This document shows positions 1 to 9,155 of a DNA stretch of 54,625 bases, in pieces (within the stretch, counting starts at the first letter, position 1; the number at the start of each line of letters is the position of its first letter). A program made the position numbers and the translations under genes. The notes under the pieces were generated by a model. The model did no database searches. It saw only the letters and a program-made list of their open reading frames with translations, and was not told the origin of the DNA. This DNA is from Patescibacteria group bacterium (lineage in GTDB: Bacteria > Patescibacteriota > Minisyncoccia > 2-02-FULL-40-12 > GWA2-44-9), in NCBI GenBank assembly GCA_038061995.1, contig JBBTYA010000009.1, forward strand, positions 1 to 54,625. The letters run 5' to 3'.

Positions 1-741
1 CAAAAAGGATTAGATACCCTTGTAGTCCACGCCCTAAACTATGCACACTAGCTATTGGGAGCATCGACCCTTCCAGTGGCGAAGCTAACGCGTTAAGTGT
101 GTCGCCTGGGAAGTACGATCGCAAGATTAAAACTCAAAGGAATAGGCGGGAACTCGCACAAGCGGTGGATCATGTGGTTCAATTCGACACAGAGCGAAAA
201 ACCTCACCAAGGCTTGACATCTAGCTGCATGCTCTGGAAACAGAGAGGCCTTCGAGGGTGCTAGACAGGTGCTGCACGGCTGTCGTCAGCTCGTCTCGTG
301 AGAGGTATCCTTAAGTGGATTAACGAGCGCAACCCCTATCGTGTGTTACAAGTGTCACACGAGACTGCTTCGGTAACGGAGAGGAAGGTGGGGATGACGT
401 CAAGTCAGCGTGGCCCTTTGATGCCTTGGGCTACACGCATGATACAATGGACGTTACAATGGGTCGCCAAGTCGCAAGACGGAGCTAATCCCATCAAAGG
501 CGTCCCCAGTTCGGATAGGAGGCTGCAACTTGCCTCCTTGAAGCCGGAATCGCTAGTAATCGCGGATCAGCACGCCGCGGTGAATACGTTCTCGAGTTTT
601 GCACTCACTGCCCGTCAACTCAAGGGAGTCGGTAATACCTGAAGACCCATAATTTCATGTGGGGCCATGGTAGGATCGATAACAGGGAGTAAGTCGTAAC
701 AAGGCAAGGGTAGCGGAAGCTGCTCTTGGATCACCTCCTTT
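1..741 (+). rRNA. rrs: 16S rRNA, 3' portion (5' part outside window)
   Basis: Conserved SSU motifs GATTAGATACCC, AAACTCAAAGGAAT, GTCGTCAGCTCGT, AAGTCGTAACAAGG and 3' GGATCACCTCCTTT (anti-SD intact). Exact 3' end is approximate. Confidence 0.98.
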
Positions 742-932
742 CTATTCAAGCAATCCACTTCGGTGGGTTCGGGATAGAAAACCAAAGGTGTCGATAGAGG
801 GTATGCACAGTTTGTTTGTCGATAGACAGATTCTGTGCATGATCTCTGCCGGGTCCGACGGCGAAATCGGAGATCAATGACTGTCCGATCTGAAAGTCAG
901 TCATGATTGGTGGGCGAGTATGAATAGGGAAG

Positions 933-978
933 GAAACAAGAACACCCCGCGCACATGCGCGGGGTGTTCTTGTTTCTT
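933..978 (+). terminator. Long inverted repeat; probable terminator of the 16S transcript
   Basis: GAAACAAGAACACCCCGCGCA-CA-TGCGCGGGGTGTTCTTGTTTC is a perfect inverted repeat. Confidence 0.7.
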
Positions 979-999
979 GGCCATGATACAATACAGGGG

Positions 1000-1275
1000 A
1001 TGGCAGACTTTTCAGCTCTAGCAGAGCGCATTCCATGGGGGCTGTTGATAAGTGCAGGCGTCTTTACGGTCTTTTGGGTTGGCGTATTTGCGCTCCTGTA
1101 TCATCTTATTCGCTTTGGCATTGGCGTTGCGCCTAAAATTGCATCGCTCACGCTTTTCATCGGCGCACTTTTATTATTTATGATCGCAATCGCCGCGCTA
1201 CAAAACGTGCACCTTTCTCTTGCAGCGGGAACGTTCACTCCCCACTTCCCTCTTCCTGATATTCTTGCCCCATGA
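1000..1275 (+). CDS. Small two-TM membrane protein, hypothetical
   Basis: Two hydrophobic stretches. ATG at 1000 lies 7 nt after TGATACAAT. Stop overlaps the next start (ATGA). Confidence 0.7.
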   Translation: MADFSALAERIPWGLLISAGVFTVFWVGVFALLYHLIRFGIGVAPKIASLTLFIGALLLFMIAIAALQNVHLSLAAGTFTPHFPLPDILAP

Positions 1276-1844
1276 AAACACTCGACGCACTCACCCACTC
1301 TGAGAATTCTTTTGAGGGCCAAAAGTCATATGAAGTGACAAAGATTGTCTTGCGACGCCATCCGTTTGTGTTGCTCGTGCGCTTCGCGGGGATGGTGTTT
1401 CTTGCGCTGATGCCGCTGTTTCTCTGGGCGTTTCTGGGAGACCTCCTCTCCGCGATAGGGTTAGGGTCAGTGGCTATCGCGGCCGGTGCGCTCTATGCAC
1501 TGGTGTGGTGGTATGGGTTGTTCTACCGCGTGACTATGTATCTCTTGGATGTATGGATTGTGACAGACCATCGCGTTATTGATAGCCAACAGTTCGGGCT
1601 TTTCCGCCGCACGCATGCCGAATTAAACCTCGGAAAGATTCAGGACATTTCCGTGTCTGTGAAGGGCGGCATGCCAACACTATTAGATTACGGCGATGTG
1701 GAAATTCAAACAGCCGCCGCGGATAAAAAATTCCTTTTTGAACAAGTACCTCACCCGCACAAAGTAAAAGATCTCATTATGAAAGCGCACACTCATTACG
1801 TTGCAGAGCACCCACACGGCAAGGAAACGCATACGGAAGTGTAA
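1272..1844 (+). CDS. Membrane protein with bacterial PH (bPH_2-like) domain
   Basis: Two TM helices followed by WIVTDHRVID...GLF...IQDI...DYGDVEIQTA, a pattern typical of bPH domains. Confidence 0.75.
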   Translation: MKTLDALTHSENSFEGQKSYEVTKIVLRRHPFVLLVRFAGMVFLALMPLFLWAFLGDLLSAIGLGSVAIAAGALYALVWWYGLFYRVTMYLLDVWIVTDHRVIDSQQFGLFRRTHAELNLGKIQDISVSVKGGMPTLLDYGDVEIQTAAADKKFLFEQVPHPHKVKDLIMKAHTHYVAEHPHGKETHTEV

Positions 1845-1867
1845 ATGCCAGCTACTGCGTGTACATA

Positions 1868-1921
1868 TTGACGCCGCTGTCGTATGGGCGTACCATCCCG
1901 CCAGTCCTTTTCAAGAGGTGA
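1868..1921 (+). promoter_or_regulatory. Sigma70-type promoter plus SD of the orphan gene
   Basis: TTGACG-17 nt-TACCAT (1868-1896); AAGAGGTGA lies 5 nt before ATG 1927. Confidence 0.6.
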
Positions 1922-1926
1922 GAGAC

Positions 1927-2361
1927 ATGGCACAAACAAGATTGGTTCAGTTTGCATTCGAGACGGGAAGCTTCGACCCGTGTAAGGGCCACCGCACGTG
2001 GACTGAAAAGATGACTGGCCTGGAGATCGGGCTTCCTGACGGCCGTTGCGTGGTGCTTGTGGGGTACGGCTACGACCTGGGCAGTATCGGGTACATGTTC
2101 CTGATGCGCGGGGAGAGCGTCGAAGCCCTCGAGAGGCTCGAGGATCGCATAGACGCGGAGCACATCATCACTGGGAAGCGTGAGGTGCTGCAGGAAGGGC
2201 TCAACTTCCCAGACGAAGCGCTTGCGAGCTTGGTTGCTCGCATGGAAGGAGATGCCGCGTTTCTCAAGGCCAGGCAGGGCGCGTTGTTCGCTCTGCAGCT
2301 CGAGCGCGATCGGTGGCTGGATTCCAGCCGTCGGAAGGCTTCGGACGCCTTGCGGTTCTAG
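1927..2361 (+). CDS. Orphan hypothetical protein (144 aa), GC-rich, self-contained unit
   Basis: Has its own promoter, SD and downstream hairpin. No family recognised. Confidence 0.7.
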   Translation: MAQTRLVQFAFETGSFDPCKGHRTWTEKMTGLEIGLPDGRCVVLVGYGYDLGSIGYMFLMRGESVEALERLEDRIDAEHIITGKREVLQEGLNFPDEALASLVARMEGDAAFLKARQGALFALQLERDRWLDSSRRKASDALRF

Positions 2362-2375
2362 CACTCTGCGTACCA

Positions 2376-2403
2376 AAAAGGGCACCCCCGCGGGTGCCCT
2401 TTT
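2376..2403. terminator. Bidirectional intrinsic terminator
   Basis: AAAAGGGCACCC-CCGC-GGGTGCCCTTTT between convergent genes. Confidence 0.75.
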
Positions 2404-2423
2404 CCTATTCCATACTTACGTAA

Positions 2424-3161
2424 CTACTTTATCTGATACGTAATCTGCACGTTTACCGAGATTTCGTTTTCACCACTTGGGATTGCTGGGCCACCACCGC
2501 CCATACCACCCTTATATACAGCGGCATCATACATGGGCATTGGGATGCCACCCGTACCGTTTTCAGAGAAGTTCACGATGCGACCGAGTTTCACGCCAAG
2601 TTGGCGCTCAAGCGCGCGCGCTTTTTCTTTTGCATCGGCGATCGCTTCGTCTCGCGCATCTGCCATGAGCTCATCGGAATCATCAACCGTTAACTGGAAG
2701 TTGTTGATCTGATTTGCACCAGCGGAAACAACTCCATCGAGAACGGTATCAACGGTATCAAGATTGCGTACGCGTACTTGAACCATCTGGTTCACCTGGT
2801 ATCCCGTGATACGCGCCTTTTCATATTGCGGGTAGGTGTACTGGGGATAGATGTTGTATCCCGTTGTCTTAATGTCTTTGTCTTCGATCCCTTCCTTCTT
2901 TAAGAATTCAACAAGGCGCTTTGAGCGGTTTGAATTCTCGTTTTGTGCCGCCTTTGATGTCTCTGCTTCAGTGAGAATGGAGAGATCAAGGAGTGCGATA
3001 TCTGGCTTTGCAACCACCTTTCCCTGGCCAGAGAAAGAGATGGTGTTCGTTGTTGCTGCGGTGTTTGCTGCCTGATTGGTGCTGACCAAGAGGAACAGCG
3101 TGAGCGCCACAAGAACTGCCGAACCGAGCCAGAACAAGACGTTCTTTTGCTTTGGATCCAT
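2424..3161 (-). CDS. SIMPL/DUF541 (BP26-like) protein
   Basis: N-terminal TM, then ISFSGQGKVVAKPDIA, IKTTGYNIYPQY, GANQI, A..DA..KA..L...LGV.LG and V.V.ITY. Start taken at MDPKQK. Confidence 0.9.
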   Translation of the reverse strand: MDPKQKNVLFWLGSAVLVALTLFLLVSTNQAANTAATTNTISFSGQGKVVAKPDIALLDLSILTEAETSKAAQNENSNRSKRLVEFLKKEGIEDKDIKTTGYNIYPQYTYPQYEKARITGYQVNQMVQVRVRNLDTVDTVLDGVVSAGANQINNFQLTVDDSDELMADARDEAIADAKEKARALERQLGVKLGRIVNFSENGTGGIPMPMYDAAVYKGGMGGGGPAIPSGENEISVNVQITYQIK

Positions 3162-3248
3162 GAATGTGTGCGCACAACGCGGGTCTGGCGTCAGGAGCTC
3201 TGCCGCTCGTCCCTGGCGTTCAGTGCATAGGCAGTATACCATAGTTCT

Positions 3249-5000
3249 ATGCACTCGGTGAGGCATCTTTTTTCTCATATACGCACCCACTGGCAGTTCT
3301 TATTCGCGCTCATGGTAGCGGGCATTCTGTGTTGGGGGCATATTGTTATTGTTGCCAATACATTTGTTGTTGATGAAACTGGCGCTATTCGTACGACGTA
3401 CTCGGGATATGGAGATATTCCACTCCACCTTACACAGGTTTCCCGTTTTGCATTTGGCCGTATCGGAGATTTAGAAGAACCTATCTTTGCAGGGACGCGC
3501 ATTGCATACCCATTCGGGATTAATGCGATAAGCGGGCTCCTGCTTCGCGTAACCGGTGCGTGGCGATTTTCTTTTCTTGCTCCAATCATGCTGTGCGTTG
3601 TGCTTTTGCACGGACTGTTATTCGTTGTGGGATATAAGATTACTCGGCGTGCACTATGGGCGCCCTTGCTCACCATTCTTGTTCTTCTGGGCGGTGGGTG
3701 GGGCGGGTGGTCGGTGGCACGAGATGCTATTCGAGAAGGATCTTCGTGGAGTGAATTCAAGCAACATCTTATTGATGGGAATATTTCAACCGTAACTCGT
3801 TGGGATGCGAAGTGGCCTGAACAGGTTATTGTCTTCGGAGCACCGCTTGGCTTAGTGCTCGTGCATCAGCGCACATTCTTTCCGGGCATTGTTGGTGCTC
3901 TCTTGGTATACGTCTTGTTATGGGAGGGTGTTGCTCGGCGTTCGCAAAAATACCTCTATGCGGGGGGTGTTGTGCTCGGATCTCTGCCGCTTTTTCATAC
4001 GCACTCATTTGTTGCTGCGGGGCTTATCCTTATTGTGGTGACATTGTGGGGGCTACTCCGTGGTGTGTGGTGGGGAATTCCTTTTATAAAAACAGGAGTA
4101 CTTGCGCTCATTCTTGCCGTGCCACAGGTATTATTCCTAGTGGGTGGAAAGCCCTTAGGAAGTGATGGAGACTTCGCGATGTTAAGACTCGGGTGGATGG
4201 TAGATCAAACTATCGACGGGTTTAAACCGCAGCCGGGGCATACGTCAAGCATATTCTCTGTGGCATATATACAGTTTCTTTGGATGAATTTGGGCACCCC
4301 ACTTCTCGCCCTGCTGGGGCTCTCATGTGCATATGTTGTGCGCAGCATGCGTGCTCGCTTTCCACACATGGGCGTGATGCTTGCGGTGGCGTGGATGCTC
4401 TTTCTTGTGGTGCAAACCGTTCGCCTCCAACCATGGGATTATGACGACAACAAGCTATTGGTCTATATGCAGTTTGCTATCATGTGTGCGGTGCTCTACG
4501 CGTTTGCACATGCGAAACTCCGCGCGCTTGCGGGAGTAAGTTTTGTGCTCTTTGTTGGGGCATCCATACTTTCTGGAGTGATTGATAGCATCCCGTGGCT
4601 TGCCACGCCCGAGGATCGTCTCCCCGTTATCTTTGATGCGCAGGCCCGTGGGATTGCCTCGTTTATCCGCGATGCCATTCCCAATGAGCGCATTATCACA
4701 TCAACAACACACACCAACCCCGTGCCAGCGCTGACAGGAAAATCGGTGTTTGTTGGATACCCTGGATGGTTGTGGACGCGCGGCCTATCCTATGGCTCTC
4801 GCGAAACTTTAGTGCGTGCCTTTTTTAATAATCCAGCAGGCGATACCACACAGCTTGATACACAATATCCAGCGAGATACGTACTACTCGACGATGCCGC
4901 TCGAAAAGATTTTGGCGCACAGGACGCGTCATTTCAAAAGTTGTTTCGGCTCATTGTGCGGAGCGGGCAGTACGCGCTCTACGAACGGAGCACGCCATGA
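3249..5000 (+). CDS. Polytopic membrane protein, probably GT-C-type glycosyltransferase-like
   Basis: More than 10 TM segments, an early D-x-P-x-H loop (GDIPLH) and a soluble C-terminal domain. The family assignment is inferred. Confidence 0.55.
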   Translation: MHSVRHLFSHIRTHWQFLFALMVAGILCWGHIVIVANTFVVDETGAIRTTYSGYGDIPLHLTQVSRFAFGRIGDLEEPIFAGTRIAYPFGINAISGLLLRVTGAWRFSFLAPIMLCVVLLHGLLFVVGYKITRRALWAPLLTILVLLGGGWGGWSVARDAIREGSSWSEFKQHLIDGNISTVTRWDAKWPEQVIVFGAPLGLVLVHQRTFFPGIVGALLVYVLLWEGVARRSQKYLYAGGVVLGSLPLFHTHSFVAAGLILIVVTLWGLLRGVWWGIPFIKTGVLALILAVPQVLFLVGGKPLGSDGDFAMLRLGWMVDQTIDGFKPQPGHTSSIFSVAYIQFLWMNLGTPLLALLGLSCAYVVRSMRARFPHMGVMLAVAWMLFLVVQTVRLQPWDYDDNKLLVYMQFAIMCAVLYAFAHAKLRALAGVSFVLFVGASILSGVIDSIPWLATPEDRLPVIFDAQARGIASFIRDAIPNERIITSTTHTNPVPALTGKSVFVGYPGWLWTRGLSYGSRETLVRAFFNNPAGDTTQLDTQYPARYVLLDDAARKDFGAQDASFQKLFRLIVRSGQYALYERSTP

Positions 5001-5620
5001 TTACGCCGACCACAGAACGAGAGCAGGAGCTTTTTACAGCGGGATACTCACGCGTCATTGGTGTGGATGAAGTGGGGCGCGGCTGTCTCGCGGGACCTGT
5101 CGTGGTGTGTGCGTTCTCATGCTCCGTAGAATCTATCGCAGTGCCATTGACAGGTGTTCGCGACTCTAAGCTTCTTTCTCCACGCCAGCGCGTGCAGGCT
5201 GCTGAAGACATTCGCGCGTTACCTGATACTCAGATCTCTCTTATTGAAGAAAGTGCCGGAACTATTGATCGGGTGAATATTCTTCGTGCAACAGATATGG
5301 CGATGCGTGCGGCTGTCTCGCAGGTGGCGTCTTCGCGTAGTGTGGTGCTCCTTGATGGGAATCACCGCGTTGCTGACATCCCCTGCTCTCAAGAGGCAAT
5401 TGTGGGTGGCGATCGCACGGTGTATGCCATTGCGTGCGCTTCTATTCTCGCAAAAGTATTTCGCGATGAACTTATGGTGCGCATGGCAAAAAAGTGGCCA
5501 GAGTACGGCTTTGATATACATAAGGGATACGGAACCCCGGCACACCTTGCGGCATTGCGCGCGCACGGACCGTGTCATATACACAGACGCACGTTCGCAG
5601 GGGTGCGAGAGCTGGTATAG
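4997..5620 (+). CDS. rnhB: Ribonuclease HII
   Basis: GVDEVGRGCLAGPVV, DSKLL, LDGN, ASILAKV.RD, HKGYGT, HRRTF. Confidence 0.97.
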   Translation: MITPTTEREQELFTAGYSRVIGVDEVGRGCLAGPVVVCAFSCSVESIAVPLTGVRDSKLLSPRQRVQAAEDIRALPDTQISLIEESAGTIDRVNILRATDMAMRAAVSQVASSRSVVLLDGNHRVADIPCSQEAIVGGDRTVYAIACASILAKVFRDELMVRMAKKWPEYGFDIHKGYGTPAHLAALRAHGPCHIHRRTFAGVRELV

Positions 5621-5627
5621 TGAGGGT

Positions 5628-6662
5628 ATGGCAACCGTTGCAATTAATGGGTTTGGTCGCATTGGCCGAGCATTTTTTAAGCTTGCGCGGTTGCATCGTG
5701 AGCTGAACATTATTGCGATCAATGATTTAGGAGATCCGGAGACGCTCGCGTATCTCTTGCGCTACGACTCTACCTATGGGCGTTTCGATAAGCCGGTATC
5801 AGTACAGAAGAGCGGCTCACAAACATTTCTTATCGTCGACGATATCGCATATCAGCTGATCAGTGAAAAAGATCCGGCAAAATTACCGTGGGGCGACATG
5901 GGTGTTGATCTCGTTGTCGAGGCGACGGGCATTTTTGAAAGCTACGAAAAAGCGCGCGTGCACATTGATGCTGGCGCGCAGCGCGTGGTGCTCACGGCAC
6001 CAGCAAAAGACGAAGACACCGATACGGCGCGCACCGTACTCATGGGCATCAATGCTGATGATTTAAAAACGTGCTCCATTTCTTCAAATGGATCGTGTAC
6101 GACCAATTCAGCGGCTCCTATTATTCGCATCCTCCAAGATGCTATTGGGATTCAAAAGGCATTTCTTTCTACAGTACACGGCTATACAGCAACACAGAGT
6201 CTTATTGATGGCCCCGTCAAAGGTGGTGATGTGCGCCGAGGTCGTGCTGCAGCGGCGAACATTGTTCCCTCAAGCACGGGGGCGGCGATCGCAGTAACGC
6301 GCGCGGTGCCCGAACTCGCACATCGCTTTGATGGCGTTGCGATGCGCGTGCCAATAATCACGGGATCGCTTTCAAGTATTACTTTTCTAGCGAAGCGACA
6401 AACGAAGGTTCCTGAAATTAATGACATTCTCTCCGCGGCGGCGATGCGCGAAGAATGGAAGGGGATTTTTCGTGTGAACACCGACCCTATTGTCTCTACG
6501 GATATCATTGGCGACCCGCACGCAGCTATCGCTGATCTCACACTCACCAATGTGGTGGATGGTGATTTGTGCACCGTATACTCCTGGTACGATAACGAGT
6601 TTGGCTACACCAACGCGTTAGTAAAACACGTGCGTGCGGTAGCTGCGCTTATTTCACGATAA
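5628..6662 (+). CDS. gap: Glyceraldehyde-3-phosphate dehydrogenase, type I
   Basis: VAINGFGRIGR, SNGSCTTN, SWYDNE. Start at MATVAING. Confidence 0.97.
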   Translation: MATVAINGFGRIGRAFFKLARLHRELNIIAINDLGDPETLAYLLRYDSTYGRFDKPVSVQKSGSQTFLIVDDIAYQLISEKDPAKLPWGDMGVDLVVEATGIFESYEKARVHIDAGAQRVVLTAPAKDEDTDTARTVLMGINADDLKTCSISSNGSCTTNSAAPIIRILQDAIGIQKAFLSTVHGYTATQSLIDGPVKGGDVRRGRAAAANIVPSSTGAAIAVTRAVPELAHRFDGVAMRVPIITGSLSSITFLAKRQTKVPEINDILSAAAMREEWKGIFRVNTDPIVSTDIIGDPHAAIADLTLTNVVDGDLCTVYSWYDNEFGYTNALVKHVRAVAALISR

Positions 6663-6916
6663 TGCTTCGAAGACACCGCGCATATGTAGAGGCTTTTGGG
6701 TGGTACGGCGTTATCGCCGTGGTACTTGCGTATGCTATGCATAATGTGGGAGTGTGGACGGCGCGCGATATTCCGTACGTCTTTCTCAATATTTCTGGTG
6801 GCGTTGGGCTCATGATTGATAACTGGATGCACAAGGCATACCAATCGATGTCAGTAAACATTGTGTGGATTATCGTAGGCTCGTACGCTTTCTGGAATAT
6901 TGTTGCTGGCACATGA
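6662..6916 (+). CDS. Small three-TM membrane protein (CBU_0592-like)
   Basis: GWYG....LAY...LN..G...L....N.VW pattern. Translationally coupled on both sides. Confidence 0.6.
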   Translation: MLRRHRAYVEAFGWYGVIAVVLAYAMHNVGVWTARDIPYVFLNISGGVGLMIDNWMHKAYQSMSVNIVWIIVGSYAFWNIVAGT

Positions 6917-7773
6917 AGCATTTCCACGATGAAGATATCCAGAAACTTGAGGTGATCGCGAATGATATTCGCCAGTCTATTGTCGCGATGCTCGAGAAGG
7001 CGAAGAGTGGCCACACCGCGGGACCGCTTGGCATGGCAGACATTTTTACAGCGTTCTATTTTCACATTCTCAAGCACGATCCCGCGAACCCTGACTGGGA
7101 AGAACGCGATAGACTCATTCTTTCTAACGGGCATATCGTACCAGTGCGGTATGCCACTATGGCGCACGCAGGGTACTTTCCGAAAGAAGAGCTGATGACG
7201 TTACGGACATTTGGTTCTCGCTTGCAAGGGCACCCAGAACGTGAGCGTTTGCCTGGCATGGAGACAACGTCTGGTCCGCTCGGATCTGGTCTAGGCCAGG
7301 CGGCTGGAATTGCGCTTGCGGCGCGCATGGATGGAAAAACGTTTCGCACGTATTGCCTCATGTCTGATGGCGAGCAAGACGCTGGAGCTGTCTGGGAATC
7401 TGCGCTCTTTGCAGGGAAGTACAAGCTCGCAAATCTTACCGGAGTTATTGATCGCAACATGATCCAAATTGATGGCTCTACGGAAGTAGTCATGCCGCTC
7501 GAATCACTTCGTGCAAAGTGGGAAGCATTCGGATGGCACGTCTTAGAATGCGACGGGCACAACTTCGCAGAGTTTGTTGGCGCCGTGGGGCAGGCGCACG
7601 CCATCGCTGATAGGCCAACCGTTATTATTGCGCACACCATTCCGGGAAAAGGTGTTCCTGAAATCGAATATGACTTTAAGTGGCATGGAACACCACCAAA
7701 CGCAGAACAGGCAAAGCGTTTTTTGCATGAGTTACGTACGTTGCGAGGTAAAATCGTCAGTGAACATGAGTAG
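6913..7773 (+). CDS. Transketolase, N-terminal subunit
   Basis: SGH, DRLILSNGH, LQGHP, SGPLGSGL, TPP motif SDGE...N. Confidence 0.95.
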   Translation: MKHFHDEDIQKLEVIANDIRQSIVAMLEKAKSGHTAGPLGMADIFTAFYFHILKHDPANPDWEERDRLILSNGHIVPVRYATMAHAGYFPKEELMTLRTFGSRLQGHPERERLPGMETTSGPLGSGLGQAAGIALAARMDGKTFRTYCLMSDGEQDAGAVWESALFAGKYKLANLTGVIDRNMIQIDGSTEVVMPLESLRAKWEAFGWHVLECDGHNFAEFVGAVGQAHAIADRPTVIIAHTIPGKGVPEIEYDFKWHGTPPNAEQAKRFLHELRTLRGKIVSEHE

Positions 7774-7818
7774 GGTGTGGTATGCTATGACTATGAACAT
7801 CAGAAAGGGGGTGTCGGT

Positions 7819-8073
7819 ATGAAACAATGTCATTGTGGGCATCATAAACTTGCACGTGTTATCCCTGCCCTTTCTTGGATAAGTGCGATCTTGTTCTTCT
7901 GGGCTTCGTTTACAGAAGGATTCGTTTTTGGTTTCGACACGCAATATTATTTTGAGACGGCTATCCTCTTAGTGGTTTTGGGGATGGGCATGAAGTCGTG
8001 TGGTTGCTGCTGTGAAGGTGGCTCGTGTGGGAAGATGGTATGTGGATCATGTGGTCCAGATGAGAAGCGCTAA
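7819..8073 (+). CDS. Small Cys/His-rich two-TM protein
   Basis: MKQCHCGHH...two TM...CGCCCEGGSCGKMVCGSC. Extended SD AGAAAGGGGGTG upstream. Confidence 0.7.
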   Translation: MKQCHCGHHKLARVIPALSWISAILFFWASFTEGFVFGFDTQYYFETAILLVVLGMGMKSCGCCCEGGSCGKMVCGSCGPDEKR

Positions 8074-8126
8074 CCCATAGCGCCGGCCGCCTTCTGGGCG
8101 GCTCCGTCATGGGTGAGTGACTACGT

Positions 8127-9095
8127 ATGCTCGCAGATAATATTACACAACGAGATGCTCTTCAGCAGATTCCTATCCGTGATGGGTACGGTCGTGGCTT
8201 AGTGCGTGCGGGAGAAGCCGATGAACGCGTTGTAGTGCTCTGCGCTGATCTGACCGAATCAACGAAATCACACTGGTTTGCGGAGCGTTTTCCTGAACGC
8301 TTCATTCAAGTGGGTGTTGCAGAACAAAATATGGCGCTCGTTGCCGCGGGCATGGCACAGTATGGCAAAATTCCTTTTATCGCTTCATATGCCGCATTCA
8401 GCCCGGGGCGAAACAACGAACAGATTCGCACAAATGCGTGTCTCAATAATGTGCCCGTGAAAATTGCGGGTTCACACGCGGGGATCTCTGTAGGGCCCGA
8501 TGGCGCCACACACCAAGCATTGGAAGATATTGGTCTCATGCGTATGATCCCGCGCATGCAGGTGGTGGTACCGTGCGATGCATTCGAGGCAGAGAAGGCG
8601 ACAGTAGCGATTGCTCAGAATGGAGCGCCGTCGTATATCCGCCTCGCCCGCGAGAAGACTCCCGTGTTTACCTTGCCAGAGACGCCATTCACATTAGGAA
8701 AGGCGCTTATCATGCGAGAGGGTACCGATGTTGCACTCATCGCCTGTGGGTCTTTAGTATATGAAGCGCTCGTTGCCGCAGAGCAACTACACAAAGAAGG
8801 CATTTCGTGTGCTGTTATTAATAACCACACCGTAAAACCTCTAGACGAAGAAACCATAACAACAGTAGCAAAGACATGCGGCGCTGTGGTTACTATAGAA
8901 GAGCATCAAATCGCAGGCGGGATGGGTTCTGCCGTTGCTGAATGTCTCATACAGCACGCTCCCGTGCCTATGGCCTTTGTGGGGATGCGTGATTCCTTTG
9001 GAGAATCAGGCACACCTACAGAACTGATGCATCATTTTGGCCTCGATACAGAGGGGATTATCACAGCGGCACGTACGGTTCTTGCCAAGAAATAG
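8127..9095 (+). CDS. Transketolase, C-terminal subunit
   Basis: ADL..ST, GVAEQNM, GPDGATHQ, YIRL.R, EEH...GG.GSAV. Confidence 0.95.
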   Translation: MLADNITQRDALQQIPIRDGYGRGLVRAGEADERVVVLCADLTESTKSHWFAERFPERFIQVGVAEQNMALVAAGMAQYGKIPFIASYAAFSPGRNNEQIRTNACLNNVPVKIAGSHAGISVGPDGATHQALEDIGLMRMIPRMQVVVPCDAFEAEKATVAIAQNGAPSYIRLAREKTPVFTLPETPFTLGKALIMREGTDVALIACGSLVYEALVAAEQLHKEGISCAVINNHTVKPLDEETITTVAKTCGAVVTIEEHQIAGGMGSAVAECLIQHAPVPMAFVGMRDSFGESGTPTELMHHFGLDTEGIITAARTVLAKK

Positions 9096-9155
9096 GGGGC
9101 GTGTTGATAACATCGCTTTTCTCTCATCTGTAAAGAGGCGTATACTGTACAGAAC

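Noticed and set aside
298-642. 114-aa ORF
   Set aside because: Lies entirely within the 16S rRNA gene.
5286-5627. N-terminal extension of GAPDH in the ORF track
   Set aside because: Overlaps rnhB; homology and a -10 element point to ATG 5628. The same applies to the extended ORF calls for lepB, rpsL, rplC, rplD, rplF, ftsZ and adk.
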